Assembly (NCBI GenBank): GCA_963662405.2
Contig: CAXXKT010000001.1
Span: 2,368,001-2,432,000, forward strand
DNA from: Syntrophales bacterium
GTDB lineage: Bacteria; Desulfobacterota; Syntrophia; Syntrophales; UBA2210
Reading direction: 5' to 3'
Length of the DNA stretch: 64,000 nt
Made by a program: the position numbers and the translations under genes
The notes under the pieces: model-generated
What the model was told of the DNA's origin: nothing
Seen by the model: only the letters and a program-made list of their open reading frames with translations
Database searches by the model: none
Shown: piece after piece, positions 1 to 9,651 of the stretch
Layout of the letters: every line of letters begins with the position of its first letter
How positions within the stretch are numbered: the first letter of the stretch is position 1

Positions 1-1
1 A

Positions 2-397
2 GGCGGGTGGTCGATTGATCACAATCTCAATCATGCCAGTCTCGCGGAGACGGGCTTCCGGGCTTCATTCATCGACAAGGTTCTCTCGCTCTGTGACGGA
101 CGGGATATGTTTCTAGATATCCGGCTGTGGAAGATCCTGAACGGAGACATCGCCCCCAAGTGTGACGCGCACGACATGACCGAACGGGAGCGGGTCACAC
201 GGGACCGGCGCGGGATGATCTTCGATGATTACGAAAAGTGTCTGTATGTCGGGATCAAGGGCATGCCCGGCCGTCCGGGTATCGGGACCGGGGGGCATAA
301 GTTTGGAGGTTATACGGTGGATGCGGACTTCTCTACCCTGAAAAAATGGATTGGGGAGGACGTACAATATTACGAGCAATACATGAGGAGGAGGTAA
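2..397 (+). CDS. C-terminal part of a phage glycosyltransferase-like (GT2/GT-A) protein, 5'-truncated by window
   Basis: Frame is open from position 2; motifs HASLAETGF, FLDIRLWK, VGIKGMPGRPGIG, LKKWIGED resemble, from memory, phage GT2-like proteins. Confidence 0.6.
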   Translation, partial: GGWSIDHNLNHASLAETGFRASFIDKVLSLCDGRDMFLDIRLWKILNGDIAPKCDAHDMTERERVTRDRRGMIFDDYEKCLYVGIKGMPGRPGIGTGGHKFGGYTVDADFSTLKKWIGEDVQYYEQYMRRR

Positions 398-403
398 ACA
401 CAC

Positions 404-1414
404 ATGAACGCTGAAAACGCAAAATTGCAGTATGAGGCGGGTCAAAATCTGGTCCCGTATACGGCTTTGACCGATCAGGGAGACCACAAGGATTTTCGGG
501 GTGATGATGAGCTCTGGAGCAACAAGGCCGGATTCAAGCCGGTGATCAGGGCAAACGGTGTGGTCAGTGGCGGCGCCATTACGCCGGGGGCGGCTGAGAA
601 TACCGTCGCAGTTGCCGCGCTCAAAGTGAACCTGAACGGAGCGCAGGTGGAGGTTGAGGCTGACTCGGCCGTATCGGTCCCGCGTCCGACAAGCACCCAT
701 ATCAAATACTCAATCACCATCAATGCATCCGGGGAAATCGCGGTCGTGGCAGGAGAAGAACACACGGCCTTTGCAACGGACCGGGGTGAGGATGGAGCCC
801 CTCCGTATATTCCCTTGGACAGTGTCGAAATCGGACAGGTCTGGCTCTCCTCTTCGGACTCCGCCCTTGTTACGGCCGATGAGATCAAACAGGTGTGGGG
901 GTCACACATGGAGCGGGCCGAGTATCCGACTCACACGATCAAGCATTACAATGTTTCGGACGGGATCATCGGTTGTGCCGGGATCGTCTTTGCTTCGGCT
1001 CTTCCCCTGATACACTCCGCAACATCCCCGGTGGACGGGGTCGCAAAGGCCGTCTATGCCCAGTACTATGAGCCGGAGTTTGCGGACATTCCGAAATCGA
1101 GCGACTTTGTACCGCCCGGAAAGTCCTACTCCGTGAGCTCCAAACAGATCTATCAGGAGACGATGGGGAACACATCCTCCTCACTCAATCAGGGATCGTT
1201 TACCGCGTACCTCGGGGATGGGAGCAATGATGGTCTCCGGCGCGAGACTGGACAGTGCATCTTTTTCAAGTTCTTCCAAAACCGACTCAATTCCTTCCCG
1301 TGCGTGCTGAGTCAAGGAACGCTCGGGTATCAGCTTTCCTATCCGGCGGCCGATCATATTTCGGCGGCGTGTACGATCAGCGCGGAGAAACCGGCCGAGC
1401 ATATCCTCGGGTAA
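404..1414 (+). CDS. Putative major tail (tube) protein
   Basis: 336 aa, beta-rich, strong RBS (AGGAGG), directly upstream of chaperone and tape measure genes. Confidence 0.6.
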   Translation: MNAENAKLQYEAGQNLVPYTALTDQGDHKDFRGDDELWSNKAGFKPVIRANGVVSGGAITPGAAENTVAVAALKVNLNGAQVEVEADSAVSVPRPTSTHIKYSITINASGEIAVVAGEEHTAFATDRGEDGAPPYIPLDSVEIGQVWLSSSDSALVTADEIKQVWGSHMERAEYPTHTIKHYNVSDGIIGCAGIVFASALPLIHSATSPVDGVAKAVYAQYYEPEFADIPKSSDFVPPGKSYSVSSKQIYQETMGNTSSSLNQGSFTAYLGDGSNDGLRRETGQCIFFKFFQNRLNSFPCVLSQGTLGYQLSYPAADHISAACTISAEKPAEHILG

Positions 1415-1423
1415 GGAGGGGCC

Positions 1424-1936
1424 ATGTCCTTTGATGCAAAGAAGTTTATGAAGGAAAAATGGGTTCCCCGGACTGCAACTGTTCCGGTTGAAAACCTCGC
1501 GGACTATTTCCCTGAGGGTGAAAAACCAGAATGGACGGTCCGGGGCCTTACCGGGCATGAACTAGGTCGGATCAGAACCGCACCGGAACGGCTCAAGGCC
1601 CTGGAGAACCTTCTCGAGGGGCTGGCATCACAGTCCGCCTCACAAACGATTGAGGGGGCAAAGGAGCTTATCGGTATAGGCAACGAAACTCCTTCTGACG
1701 TCGCAAAGCGTATTGAGATGCTTGTCATTGGGTCAGTAGCACCGGAGTGTCCCCTCGAACTATCAGTAAGGATCTGTGAGGCGCGCGGGACAGAGTTTTA
1801 CTTGCTCACGACGAAGATCCTTGAACTCACCGGGCTGGGGCATGAACCGGGAAAACGGAAATCCTCTGGCGAGACAGCCGAGTCCAAGCCGGACTCACCC
1901 TCTGCCACGTCAGGGGAAAGTTCCTCTACGAAGTGA
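1424..1936 (+). CDS. Tail assembly chaperone (gpG-like)
   Basis: Position before tape measure; slippery G GGA AAA at 1849-1855. Confidence 0.8.
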   Translation: MSFDAKKFMKEKWVPRTATVPVENLADYFPEGEKPEWTVRGLTGHELGRIRTAPERLKALENLLEGLASQSASQTIEGAKELIGIGNETPSDVAKRIEMLVIGSVAPECPLELSVRICEARGTEFYLLTTKILELTGLGHEPGKRKSSGETAESKPDSPSATSGESSSTK

Positions 1937-2025
1937 TGCCGGACTTTTTCCCGGAGGGGTTTGTGACCAACACGGAAATTGCGCTGTGGGACAAGTACTA
2001 TAGGCAGAGGGCGAAAAAGAAATAA
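1424..2025 (+). CDS. Frameshifted tail assembly chaperone (gpGT-like, ~200 aa) via -1 programmed frameshift
   Basis: -1 frame from 1855 reads TEILWRDSRVQAGLTLCHVRGKFLYEVMPDFFPEGFVTNTEIALWDKYYRQRAKKK to TAA 2023-2025, overlapping the tape measure ATG. Confidence 0.85.
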
Positions 2026-4706
2026 TGGCCGACCTGAGCAAAACCGTTGAGATCATCTTTAAGGGTGATGATCGTCTATCAAGTGCCGTTACCGGGATCG
2101 AAAGCAATTTCGACTCTCTCACCGGCAAGTTGAGTGACGTTGCCGCGCCGCTGGCAAGCACGGCGGAGGCGGTACTGAAAGTTGAGGGTGCCCTGGCCGC
2201 CCTTGCCATTGGCGGAATGGCTCTGGCGATCAAGGCCGCCGGTGATTTCGGTGGACAGTTCAGCGAAATCACCACCCTGTTGGACGACGTAGGCACCCCG
2301 ATTGATACATTTCGGAACGATGTGCTCGAATACTCAAAAGACAGTGTAAAGTCTATTGAGGAGATAAACGGGGCCGTCTATGCTGCCATATCCGCCGGAG
2401 TCGATTACAAGGATAGTATCGATTTTGTCACTGAAGCGGAAAAGCTGTCGGTTGCTGGGAAGGGAGACCTGAACAGTACAACCGTCGCATTAGTTTCAAC
2501 CCTGAATGCATATGGTGCTTCGACGGATGAAGCGGGTCGTTACAGTGATATCCTGTTTCAGACAGTCCGGGCGGGGCAGACCACCCTCCCGGAACTCGCA
2601 ACTTCTTTGTCACAAGTTACGTCAATAGCAGGGGCCGCAGGTATTCCATTTGAAACATTATCGGCGGCGATTGCCACCCTCACGGCAAAAGGTATGCCGA
2701 CTGCGGAAGCCATAACCGCCATTAAAGGCACACTCACTGCTATTATCTCACCTTCGACCGAAGCCGCGACAGCCGCAGAACAACTCGGGATAGATTTCAG
2801 TGCGACGGCACTTAAATCAAAAGGCCTTGAAGGTGTCCTTCAGGAGGTCATGACAGCCACCCACGGGAACATTGAAGAGGTCTCTTCGCTGTTCGGGAAC
2901 GTCCGGGGGCTTTCCGGTGTGCTTGGGTTGGCGTCTGACGATTCGGCGTTATTCTCCGCGAATCTCCTGAAGATGAAGGAGTCTTCCGGGGTCGTCAATG
3001 AAGCATACGAGAAAATGGCGGATGACATCAAGCTTATCAATCAAAACCTTGCCAACAATTTCAGGGCTACACTGGTTCAGATCGGAGACAATCTGCTCCC
3101 GACATACTCTGATATCGCAGGGAACGTAGCCGGGATATTCTCCGGCATTGGTGATGCTGTGCAATCTGGGGCATTTGATCCCATATTTGACTTGATTAAC
3201 GATTTTGGGGACAGGGTTTCCACGATCCTCGGAAACATCAAGGAGAATCTGCCTGAAGCATTGGAGGGGATAGATTATACGGACCTCATCGCATCTCTGA
3301 AAAAGTTGGGAGGTGCCGTATCAGACGCATTTGAAAGTGTTTTCGGGGAAATGGATCTGACGACGGTGGAGGGGCTTGAAACCGCCATACAGAAGGGTGT
3401 TGATGCCCTGGCAGCATTACAGAATGTCGTAACCGGCGTGATTAAGGGAATGGACCCTCTTTTTAAAGCCCTCGGATTCGGGATAGAACATTTCTCTGAG
3501 ATGGGAGATAAGGCCGCTGAAACGGCTGGGAAAATACTGGGGTGGGGTAAGACTGCCTCTGTCGTGTTGGAGTATTCGGGAATTTTTAAGACGTTCATCG
3601 GTCTGCTTTCAGGATCGATCATGATAAACGCTGTGGCCAACATCGTCAGCATGGGTAAGGCGTTAATCAGCATGGGTGGCACATTAGGCGTGATCGGAGC
3701 GGCAGGAGGTCCGCTGGTTGTCCTGACTGCTGCTATAACGGCAATCACCGGAGCATGGAAATATTCAACTCTGGCGGCCCAAGATGAAGACAACGCGCTC
3801 ACCACAGTAAGTACATCAATTTTCGGGTTGATAGATAAGTATGGACTCCTTACCGGCGTCACTGATGAAGACCGAAAAGCGAGGGAGGCGGCAAATGTAG
3901 CATTTGAGGAAGCCAAGAAAAAAGCGGCCGCGTTAAACTCTGAGCTCGAAAATGTCCCCGGAAAAAAGACCACCGAGCTGGAAGCCTTCGGCTATGAAGA
4001 CGCTCTTAAAATGGTCAAGGAGGCCATGGGGACCATTGAGGAGGTACCGGATAAAAAGACCACTGAGCTGGCGGTGGAAGGAGACCCCGACGAGGCGGAG
4101 CGGGTCGGGAATCTGCTTATTGAACGATTACCGAACGAAGAGATCATCATCACAAAGGTCGAACCGGATGATGATTCAATTGAAGAGACGAAGAAAAAAA
4201 TAGACGAAGAAATCCCCGGTCAGAAAGAACTTGAGATCCAGACGAAGCTGGACATTGAGCGGATAAAGGCCATGAGCGATATCGTTCAGGAGTCTATAAA
4301 GTGGAAAGCTGAAATCGATATCGCGGAGATTGAGGCCGGAACGGAACGGATAAAGACTGCCTTTGAATCCGTCAACGTGGGAATCGAAAGCACGGGGGAG
4401 GTATTGGGGGACATATTCGCTGTCCTGGGAGACGCGGAAGACAGGCGGGTGCAGCTTGATATGTTTGACCTGGCTGATCGTGAAATGGTTCTCCGTGAAA
4501 AGGAGTTTGCGGCACAGCAGAAGTTGATCAATGCCCAGGTAAAAATGATGCAGTCAAAGACCGAAGCCCTGGAGCGTGGTGACGCGATGATATCAATAGA
4601 CGGGTCGGGGCTGCAACCGCACTTGGAGGCATTTATGTGGGAAGTTTTGGGCGCGATACAGGTCCGGGCGAATGCAGAAGGTTCAGAGTTCCTTTTGGGG
4701 ATATAA
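2025..4706 (+). CDS. Tail tape measure protein (TP901-type core)
   Basis: 893 aa, Ala/Gly-rich helical protein with TP901-like core (YSDILFQTVRAGQTTLPELA). Confidence 0.93.
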   Translation: MADLSKTVEIIFKGDDRLSSAVTGIESNFDSLTGKLSDVAAPLASTAEAVLKVEGALAALAIGGMALAIKAAGDFGGQFSEITTLLDDVGTPIDTFRNDVLEYSKDSVKSIEEINGAVYAAISAGVDYKDSIDFVTEAEKLSVAGKGDLNSTTVALVSTLNAYGASTDEAGRYSDILFQTVRAGQTTLPELATSLSQVTSIAGAAGIPFETLSAAIATLTAKGMPTAEAITAIKGTLTAIISPSTEAATAAEQLGIDFSATALKSKGLEGVLQEVMTATHGNIEEVSSLFGNVRGLSGVLGLASDDSALFSANLLKMKESSGVVNEAYEKMADDIKLINQNLANNFRATLVQIGDNLLPTYSDIAGNVAGIFSGIGDAVQSGAFDPIFDLINDFGDRVSTILGNIKENLPEALEGIDYTDLIASLKKLGGAVSDAFESVFGEMDLTTVEGLETAIQKGVDALAALQNVVTGVIKGMDPLFKALGFGIEHFSEMGDKAAETAGKILGWGKTASVVLEYSGIFKTFIGLLSGSIMINAVANIVSMGKALISMGGTLGVIGAAGGPLVVLTAAITAITGAWKYSTLAAQDEDNALTTVSTSIFGLIDKYGLLTGVTDEDRKAREAANVAFEEAKKKAAALNSELENVPGKKTTELEAFGYEDALKMVKEAMGTIEEVPDKKTTELAVEGDPDEAERVGNLLIERLPNEEIIITKVEPDDDSIEETKKKIDEEIPGQKELEIQTKLDIERIKAMSDIVQESIKWKAEIDIAEIEAGTERIKTAFESVNVGIESTGEVLGDIFAVLGDAEDRRVQLDMFDLADREMVLREKEFAAQQKLINAQVKMMQSKTEALERGDAMISIDGSGLQPHLEAFMWEVLGAIQVRANAEGSEFLLGI

Positions 4707-4709
4707 GAG

Positions 4710-5066
4710 ATGATCGCATTCACTTCGATAGAATATGATGAGAACGGGTCTGTATTTTTGTATGACTGCGAACTCGAAGAGGTCAGAAACACCACCCGGC
4801 GGGTCTCGCGCACGAAAACCCTGGACGGCGGATGCGTGATTGTTGACGGTGGTTACTCAGATTCGGACCGTACATTCAAGGTCTTTCACAGGTACGATGA
4901 GCAGAAATATGCTGTTTTGGAGCACCTGCACAAAGAATATACCCTGATATATATCACCACACGCGAGGGCTATTTCACGGGGGTGATCTCGGCGGTCACG
5001 CTTTCAGGGGACAATCCGCTCCTCGTAAAACTCACAGTATTAATCAAAGATAAATTATCAGCATAG
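4710..5066 (+). CDS. Phage tail protein, possible distal-tail-like
   Basis: Immediately after tape measure; RRVSRTKTLDGG motif. Confidence 0.5.
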   Translation: MIAFTSIEYDENGSVFLYDCELEEVRNTTRRVSRTKTLDGGCVIVDGGYSDSDRTFKVFHRYDEQKYAVLEHLHKEYTLIYITTREGYFTGVISAVTLSGDNPLLVKLTVLIKDKLSA

Positions 5067-5076
5067 GGGGTGTGTC

Positions 5077-5508
5077 ATGTCTGTAACATTAACACTCAGC
5101 AATCATTTCAAGTATCAGGTTGCGAAGGGGAACATCGATCTTTCGGGTGATGTCCTGAAGATCATTCTGATGAACAACACGTTCGCGTTTGACAAGGACG
5201 CTGACGCGACACTGTCAGATGTGACCTCGGATCAGCTTTCGACCGGGAACGGATACACGCAGGACAACAAAGAGCTTGCCAGCAAGTCGCTGACCGAAGA
5301 CGATGAAAACGACAAAGCAACGATGACTTGCGACGATGTATCATGGACGGCTGACAGCGGGAGCATAGGGCCTACCGGCGCGGCCATTATTTATGATGAC
5401 ACCACGTCAGATGATACGGTCATAGGCTGTATTGACTTCGGGGAAGATTACACGATCCCGGACGGGTCCAGCTTTCAGATCACAGATATTGAAATCGATC
5501 TGACATAG
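5077..5508 (+). CDS. Phage virion structural protein (acidic, beta-rich)
   Basis: 143 aa with RBS, within tail module. Confidence 0.55.
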   Translation: MSVTLTLSNHFKYQVAKGNIDLSGDVLKIILMNNTFAFDKDADATLSDVTSDQLSTGNGYTQDNKELASKSLTEDDENDKATMTCDDVSWTADSGSIGPTGAAIIYDDTTSDDTVIGCIDFGEDYTIPDGSSFQITDIEIDLT

Positions 5509-5517
5509 GGGGTTGTC

Positions 5518-7455
5518 ATGGCTTGGCTCTCCGGCTGGGGCAAACGAATCAAGCTGACCATTGATTCGTCTAAAATCGATTCAAATCTTTCGCACTTCCC
5601 CGTTGCTGTGGTTCTCTCTTCCACACACGGGGATTGTGTCTTTGACGAGTTGGGTTCTGACGCCAACCGTTTTAAAATCGCATTCACAAAAGCCGACGGC
5701 ACAACGCAGCTTTACGGCGATATCGAGCTGTGGGATGACGCGAACGAAAAGGCCGTCATTCACGTTTCTGGATCCGGTTGGTCAATATCCTCGTCGGCGG
5801 ATACTGACTTTTATATGTACTACGATTCGGAGCATGGCGATAATACCTCCTATATCGGAGACACCGGGGACACGGCCGCGCAGAGCGTGTGGGATAGTAA
5901 TTTTGAGCAAGTCCTGCACATGCAGGATGAGACGACCACCACCATAGCGGACGCCACTTCCCAAGAAAACGACGGCACAAAGACCTCTGAGGGGAACCCG
6001 ATCGAAGTTGACGGGCAGATAGGGAAGGCTCAGGACTTTTCAAGCGACAACATCTCCTACACCATATCAGGGGACGTGACCTATGTCACGATCGAAACCC
6101 TTTTGAAGCCCGACAACATCACGTCCGGTCAGTATATCAGTGACAACGGCGGAAACCGGATGGCCCCCATAGTGGGGTATCAGAGCGGATATTACAATAT
6201 TTACGGGGGGGGGTATCCCACCGGATCTGCGTCTGACTCACAGATTGAGGCAACGGGCGTCGGAAGTTGGGATCTCCTGACATGGGTCAGAGAAGATGAC
6301 ACCATTAAGGGATATCTCAATGGTAGCCTAGTCGTTAATGTGAGCATTTCCGCTGGTAACTTTGCTCTTGGCACGAACGGAGTTATCGGCAAAGCTGGAT
6401 CAGGGTCAAATTATTTTGACGGAACAATCTGTGAGCGTAGGCTGTCCATCGGATCGTCTTCTGCCGCCGGTCGCTCCGCCGCGTGGATCAAGGCCACCTA
6501 CAACACCCTTTTTGATTCTCTCCTGACATACGGAAGCGAGGAGGAAGAAGAGACTGGGGATACTGTCACCTGTCCCTCTCCCTTTACTTTCGAAACCAGC
6601 CTTCAGGGGAATATCACGATTGCTTTTGTCCCCGGCGTTCTCTCAGGGCAAAACGGGATACAGGCAAATGTCGAGGTTTCGCTTTCTATCTCTCCTCTCA
6701 CGGTACAGGGCGAGTTGCACGCGGTTATACCTGGAGCGGGGGATACCGTTGCGTTGACGGAACCCCTTTCCCTCGAAACATCACTTGCAGCCGCCCTGAA
6801 AATCGGCATTTCTCCACCTCCCCTCACGGCCGATGGGTCAATTGTTGGCGTTCCGGGCGTTGCAATAGCAATATCGGCCGGTGCACTCAGTGTTGAATCG
6901 AGGCTGTTCGGAACCCCCGTTGAGCCCCTGTCTCTAACCGGCTCGAACCGCGTTTATATCTTTACACTGACCGGAGACGCTGATGGGTTGGATGATATCG
7001 TGATTCCGATCAAGTCTTTTCAATCTCGCATCAGAAGCGGAGACCCTACATATCTGAGCGTGGTCATTCCGGGGACAGACTATCTCGCTGACATTTATAC
7101 TCGTGGGAATGGAGACCTGATTGTGCGGATGGGTTACAAAAAAGACGGGGAGGTCCTGATATCTGAGACGATAGCAAGGGTCGAGATGGAAAAAGTCCGA
7201 TACGACAAAGGCGGGACAAACAAATCAGTTACTCTTTCAGGGTATAGAACGGAAACCTACGAAGCGAAGACGGTCGATCTCCACGAAGTGACATATTCCT
7301 CGTTAAACGACGGGACTTTTCGGGTGCGGTGTAACCCGGATCTGTATGTGAGGCCGGGCGATCATGTGTATACGGACGATGAGGATTTTGATGTATCGCT
7401 TATCACGTACTCAGTGACTCCGGGGCAAGAGTTATTTGAGGTTGCAGGGGTCTGA
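5518..7455 (+). CDS. Tail protein with DUF2341 and LamG/ConA-like domains plus C-terminal tail-hub-like domain
   Basis: N-terminal WLSGWGKRIKLTID..FPVAVVL..IAFTKADGTTQL..IELWD (DUF2341); GYLNG..FDGTICE..RSAAWIKA (LamG-like). Confidence 0.75.
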   Translation: MAWLSGWGKRIKLTIDSSKIDSNLSHFPVAVVLSSTHGDCVFDELGSDANRFKIAFTKADGTTQLYGDIELWDDANEKAVIHVSGSGWSISSSADTDFYMYYDSEHGDNTSYIGDTGDTAAQSVWDSNFEQVLHMQDETTTTIADATSQENDGTKTSEGNPIEVDGQIGKAQDFSSDNISYTISGDVTYVTIETLLKPDNITSGQYISDNGGNRMAPIVGYQSGYYNIYGGGYPTGSASDSQIEATGVGSWDLLTWVREDDTIKGYLNGSLVVNVSISAGNFALGTNGVIGKAGSGSNYFDGTICERRLSIGSSSAAGRSAAWIKATYNTLFDSLLTYGSEEEEETGDTVTCPSPFTFETSLQGNITIAFVPGVLSGQNGIQANVEVSLSISPLTVQGELHAVIPGAGDTVALTEPLSLETSLAAALKIGISPPPLTADGSIVGVPGVAIAISAGALSVESRLFGTPVEPLSLTGSNRVYIFTLTGDADGLDDIVIPIKSFQSRIRSGDPTYLSVVIPGTDYLADIYTRGNGDLIVRMGYKKDGEVLISETIARVEMEKVRYDKGGTNKSVTLSGYRTETYEAKTVDLHEVTYSSLNDGTFRVRCNPDLYVRPGDHVYTDDEDFDVSLITYSVTPGQELFEVAGV

Positions 7456-7457
7456 TA

Positions 7458-8630
7458 ATGGGAAAGGGTGAGATCATAAGCCATATAGGAGGCGGACAGT
7501 ACAACGTCAAGCTCCTCCTACACCGGGATAATATAGCGGTCATGATTGCCAATCTGGAAACTCAGAACGAAGCCATAGAGGACCGGATCGCCGCCCTTGA
7601 TCCCGAAGTTGAGGACTATGAGGCAAGGTTGGCCGAACTGAATATACAGAAGCTTTCTCTCGAAAAGAAAAAATCATACCTCGAAAACAACATGCCCGAA
7701 GATCCGACTGTCGAAGCATGGTGCGCGGATTATACGACTGACCTTTCCGGGGAAGTGGGAACGATCGAGGTTCCGGGAGAGCGGGGGGAGGTCCTGATAC
7801 AACCGGGATATGGTGGCAACGCGGCTTACAATCAAGCGAGGGACGGGAGACTGCAACCGTCGATTGCGTCCCGGAGCGCGGCTGCAACCTTCTACAATCT
7901 GGCTTTGCTTCCGGGGTGGCAGAAGTGGAAACCGACCTATCGGTTCGGTACGGTAACCGGGATATCATTGACAACCCAACTCGTCAGCGTCGCGGTGGGG
8001 GAGGTTGCGAGTTCGCAACAAGGGCTGGGAATAAATCAGACGTATGTCATATATGCCCCCGTACATTATATGGTCTTTGGCGTTGGGGTGTTCTCCGTGG
8101 GGGATAAGGTCGTTGTCGAATTTCAGGACCAAGACTGGACAAAACCTCGTATAATCGGGTTTCGAGATCATCCTAAGATGGTGTGGGAACCGTGGCACAG
8201 ATCAATCACCGCATTCCATGATTGGGAAATCGAAAATGTCAGTGAAGGCGGGTCATCATCGGTTATCCTAGACACCTCCGGCGACGACCATTATCTAAAG
8301 GCTCGAACAGTTGGTCTGGCATTGTCGTTTGTTGGCGTAGAGATCGATCCACCTATATCTCCGTCAACCCTGATCATCAAGATATCAACATGGTACTCAC
8401 TGGGCGGCGATGAGAAGTACTGTGGTCTCATGGTACATGGGGAGACAGATACGCACGTTTTTTTCTTTTTAGGCGGGTGGGGTGGCAATCCCGCATATCA
8501 TTCAGTGGGAGACCACGGCGGTGAGGAGTTCGAAATAGACTTAGATGCTTATGGCGTGGGGGCTATATCGGGTCTAACAATGATTAATAGTTGCACTTCT
8601 TATGATTGGTATTACTTGGACTTGGTTTGA
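7458..8630 (+). CDS. Phage tail-tip/baseplate protein with N-terminal coiled coil
   Basis: 390 aa; GDKVVVEF..PRIIGF OB-fold-like motif; last gene before lysis genes. Confidence 0.55.
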   Translation: MGKGEIISHIGGGQYNVKLLLHRDNIAVMIANLETQNEAIEDRIAALDPEVEDYEARLAELNIQKLSLEKKKSYLENNMPEDPTVEAWCADYTTDLSGEVGTIEVPGERGEVLIQPGYGGNAAYNQARDGRLQPSIASRSAAATFYNLALLPGWQKWKPTYRFGTVTGISLTTQLVSVAVGEVASSQQGLGINQTYVIYAPVHYMVFGVGVFSVGDKVVVEFQDQDWTKPRIIGFRDHPKMVWEPWHRSITAFHDWEIENVSEGGSSSVILDTSGDDHYLKARTVGLALSFVGVEIDPPISPSTLIIKISTWYSLGGDEKYCGLMVHGETDTHVFFFLGGWGGNPAYHSVGDHGGEEFEIDLDAYGVGAISGLTMINSCTSYDWYYLDLV

Positions 8631-8638
8631 GAGGCAAA

Positions 8639-9115
8639 ATGCACAGATCAGCAAAGATACTGAGTCCGGTTGACTACCCGAACTTTCCCGAGTTTGACGG
8701 GATGGACCTCTCGCGCGTAGACGCAGGATTGATCCTTGCAATCCAAAAACTCAGGACCGCCTCGGGTGTCTCGATGATTCCCTCTCCTGCCTCGGGAGCG
8801 TGGGCCCGGCTGTCCGGGAGTAAAAGGTCGAGACATTACGCGCGAGGTCGATTGTCAGACGCAGGCGATCTCTTCCCGGCGCGAGGTCGGATTCTGGATG
8901 TATGGCTTCAGGCCGTGCAGATGCCGTGTTTCGGCGGGATCGGGATATATACGGACACAAACGGGCCGGACGGGAAACCATGGCCGATGATCCACCTGGA
9001 TCTGAGAGAGAACCGGGTCCTGTGGGGACGCGATACCGTGGAAGGAGAACAAACCTATGAGTACTTCCCGGATGGCCGGTTTTGGAGAATCGTCAAAAAA
9101 TGTATAGGAGAATGA
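8639..9115 (+). CDS. Endolysin, peptidase M15 family
   Basis: SRHYARGRLSDAGD and IHLDLR zinc-ligand motifs, GGIGIY. Confidence 0.75.
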   Translation: MHRSAKILSPVDYPNFPEFDGMDLSRVDAGLILAIQKLRTASGVSMIPSPASGAWARLSGSKRSRHYARGRLSDAGDLFPARGRILDVWLQAVQMPCFGGIGIYTDTNGPDGKPWPMIHLDLRENRVLWGRDTVEGEQTYEYFPDGRFWRIVKKCIGE

Positions 9116-9118
9116 GAC

Positions 9119-9631
9119 ATGTCAAGGTTTCTGACTGAGCATGAATACCGCAATATCGATAACGTGTATGTCTCGCTGACAACGCCCCTCATCTATCAGA
9201 GTGATGTGCTCAAAGCATATCAGAGGGATGTGCTCAAACAGATGGATGCAACCGGAACGGTTGAAGCCCCGGTAGGGCTCGTTCACGATCTTGAAAGTGT
9301 TCCGCGATACGTCAAAACCAAGTACGGGTGGCTCACGAAAATAATCAATCTGCTTTTCTCCCCGATCCTGGCCGGCATCTTCTGGCTCCTGGCGAACACG
9401 TCAAAACGTGGGGGGACGATTCATGATTGTGGGTATCGGAAGGATTTCATGCCGGAGATCCCAAAGGAAATTTGGGATTTGGTTTATCTTGAAATCATGG
9501 AACTGCGTGAAAACAAGCAATGGGCTCGGGAAGTCAAATACAAGGCCGTTGACTGGTTCGGGAAAGGCAGCTTTGGTGTGTATAGCGTCAATGCGACGTA
9601 TGAGGAGATAACAGGTAAAGAGGAGAAATAG
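9119..9631 (+). CDS. DUF1353 domain protein
   Basis: HDLESVPR and TIHDCGYR motifs. Confidence 0.7.
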   Translation: MSRFLTEHEYRNIDNVYVSLTTPLIYQSDVLKAYQRDVLKQMDATGTVEAPVGLVHDLESVPRYVKTKYGWLTKIINLLFSPILAGIFWLLANTSKRGGTIHDCGYRKDFMPEIPKEIWDLVYLEIMELRENKQWAREVKYKAVDWFGKGSFGVYSVNATYEEITGKEEK

Positions 9632-9651
9632 CAGCGAAAGGAGCCCCGAAA

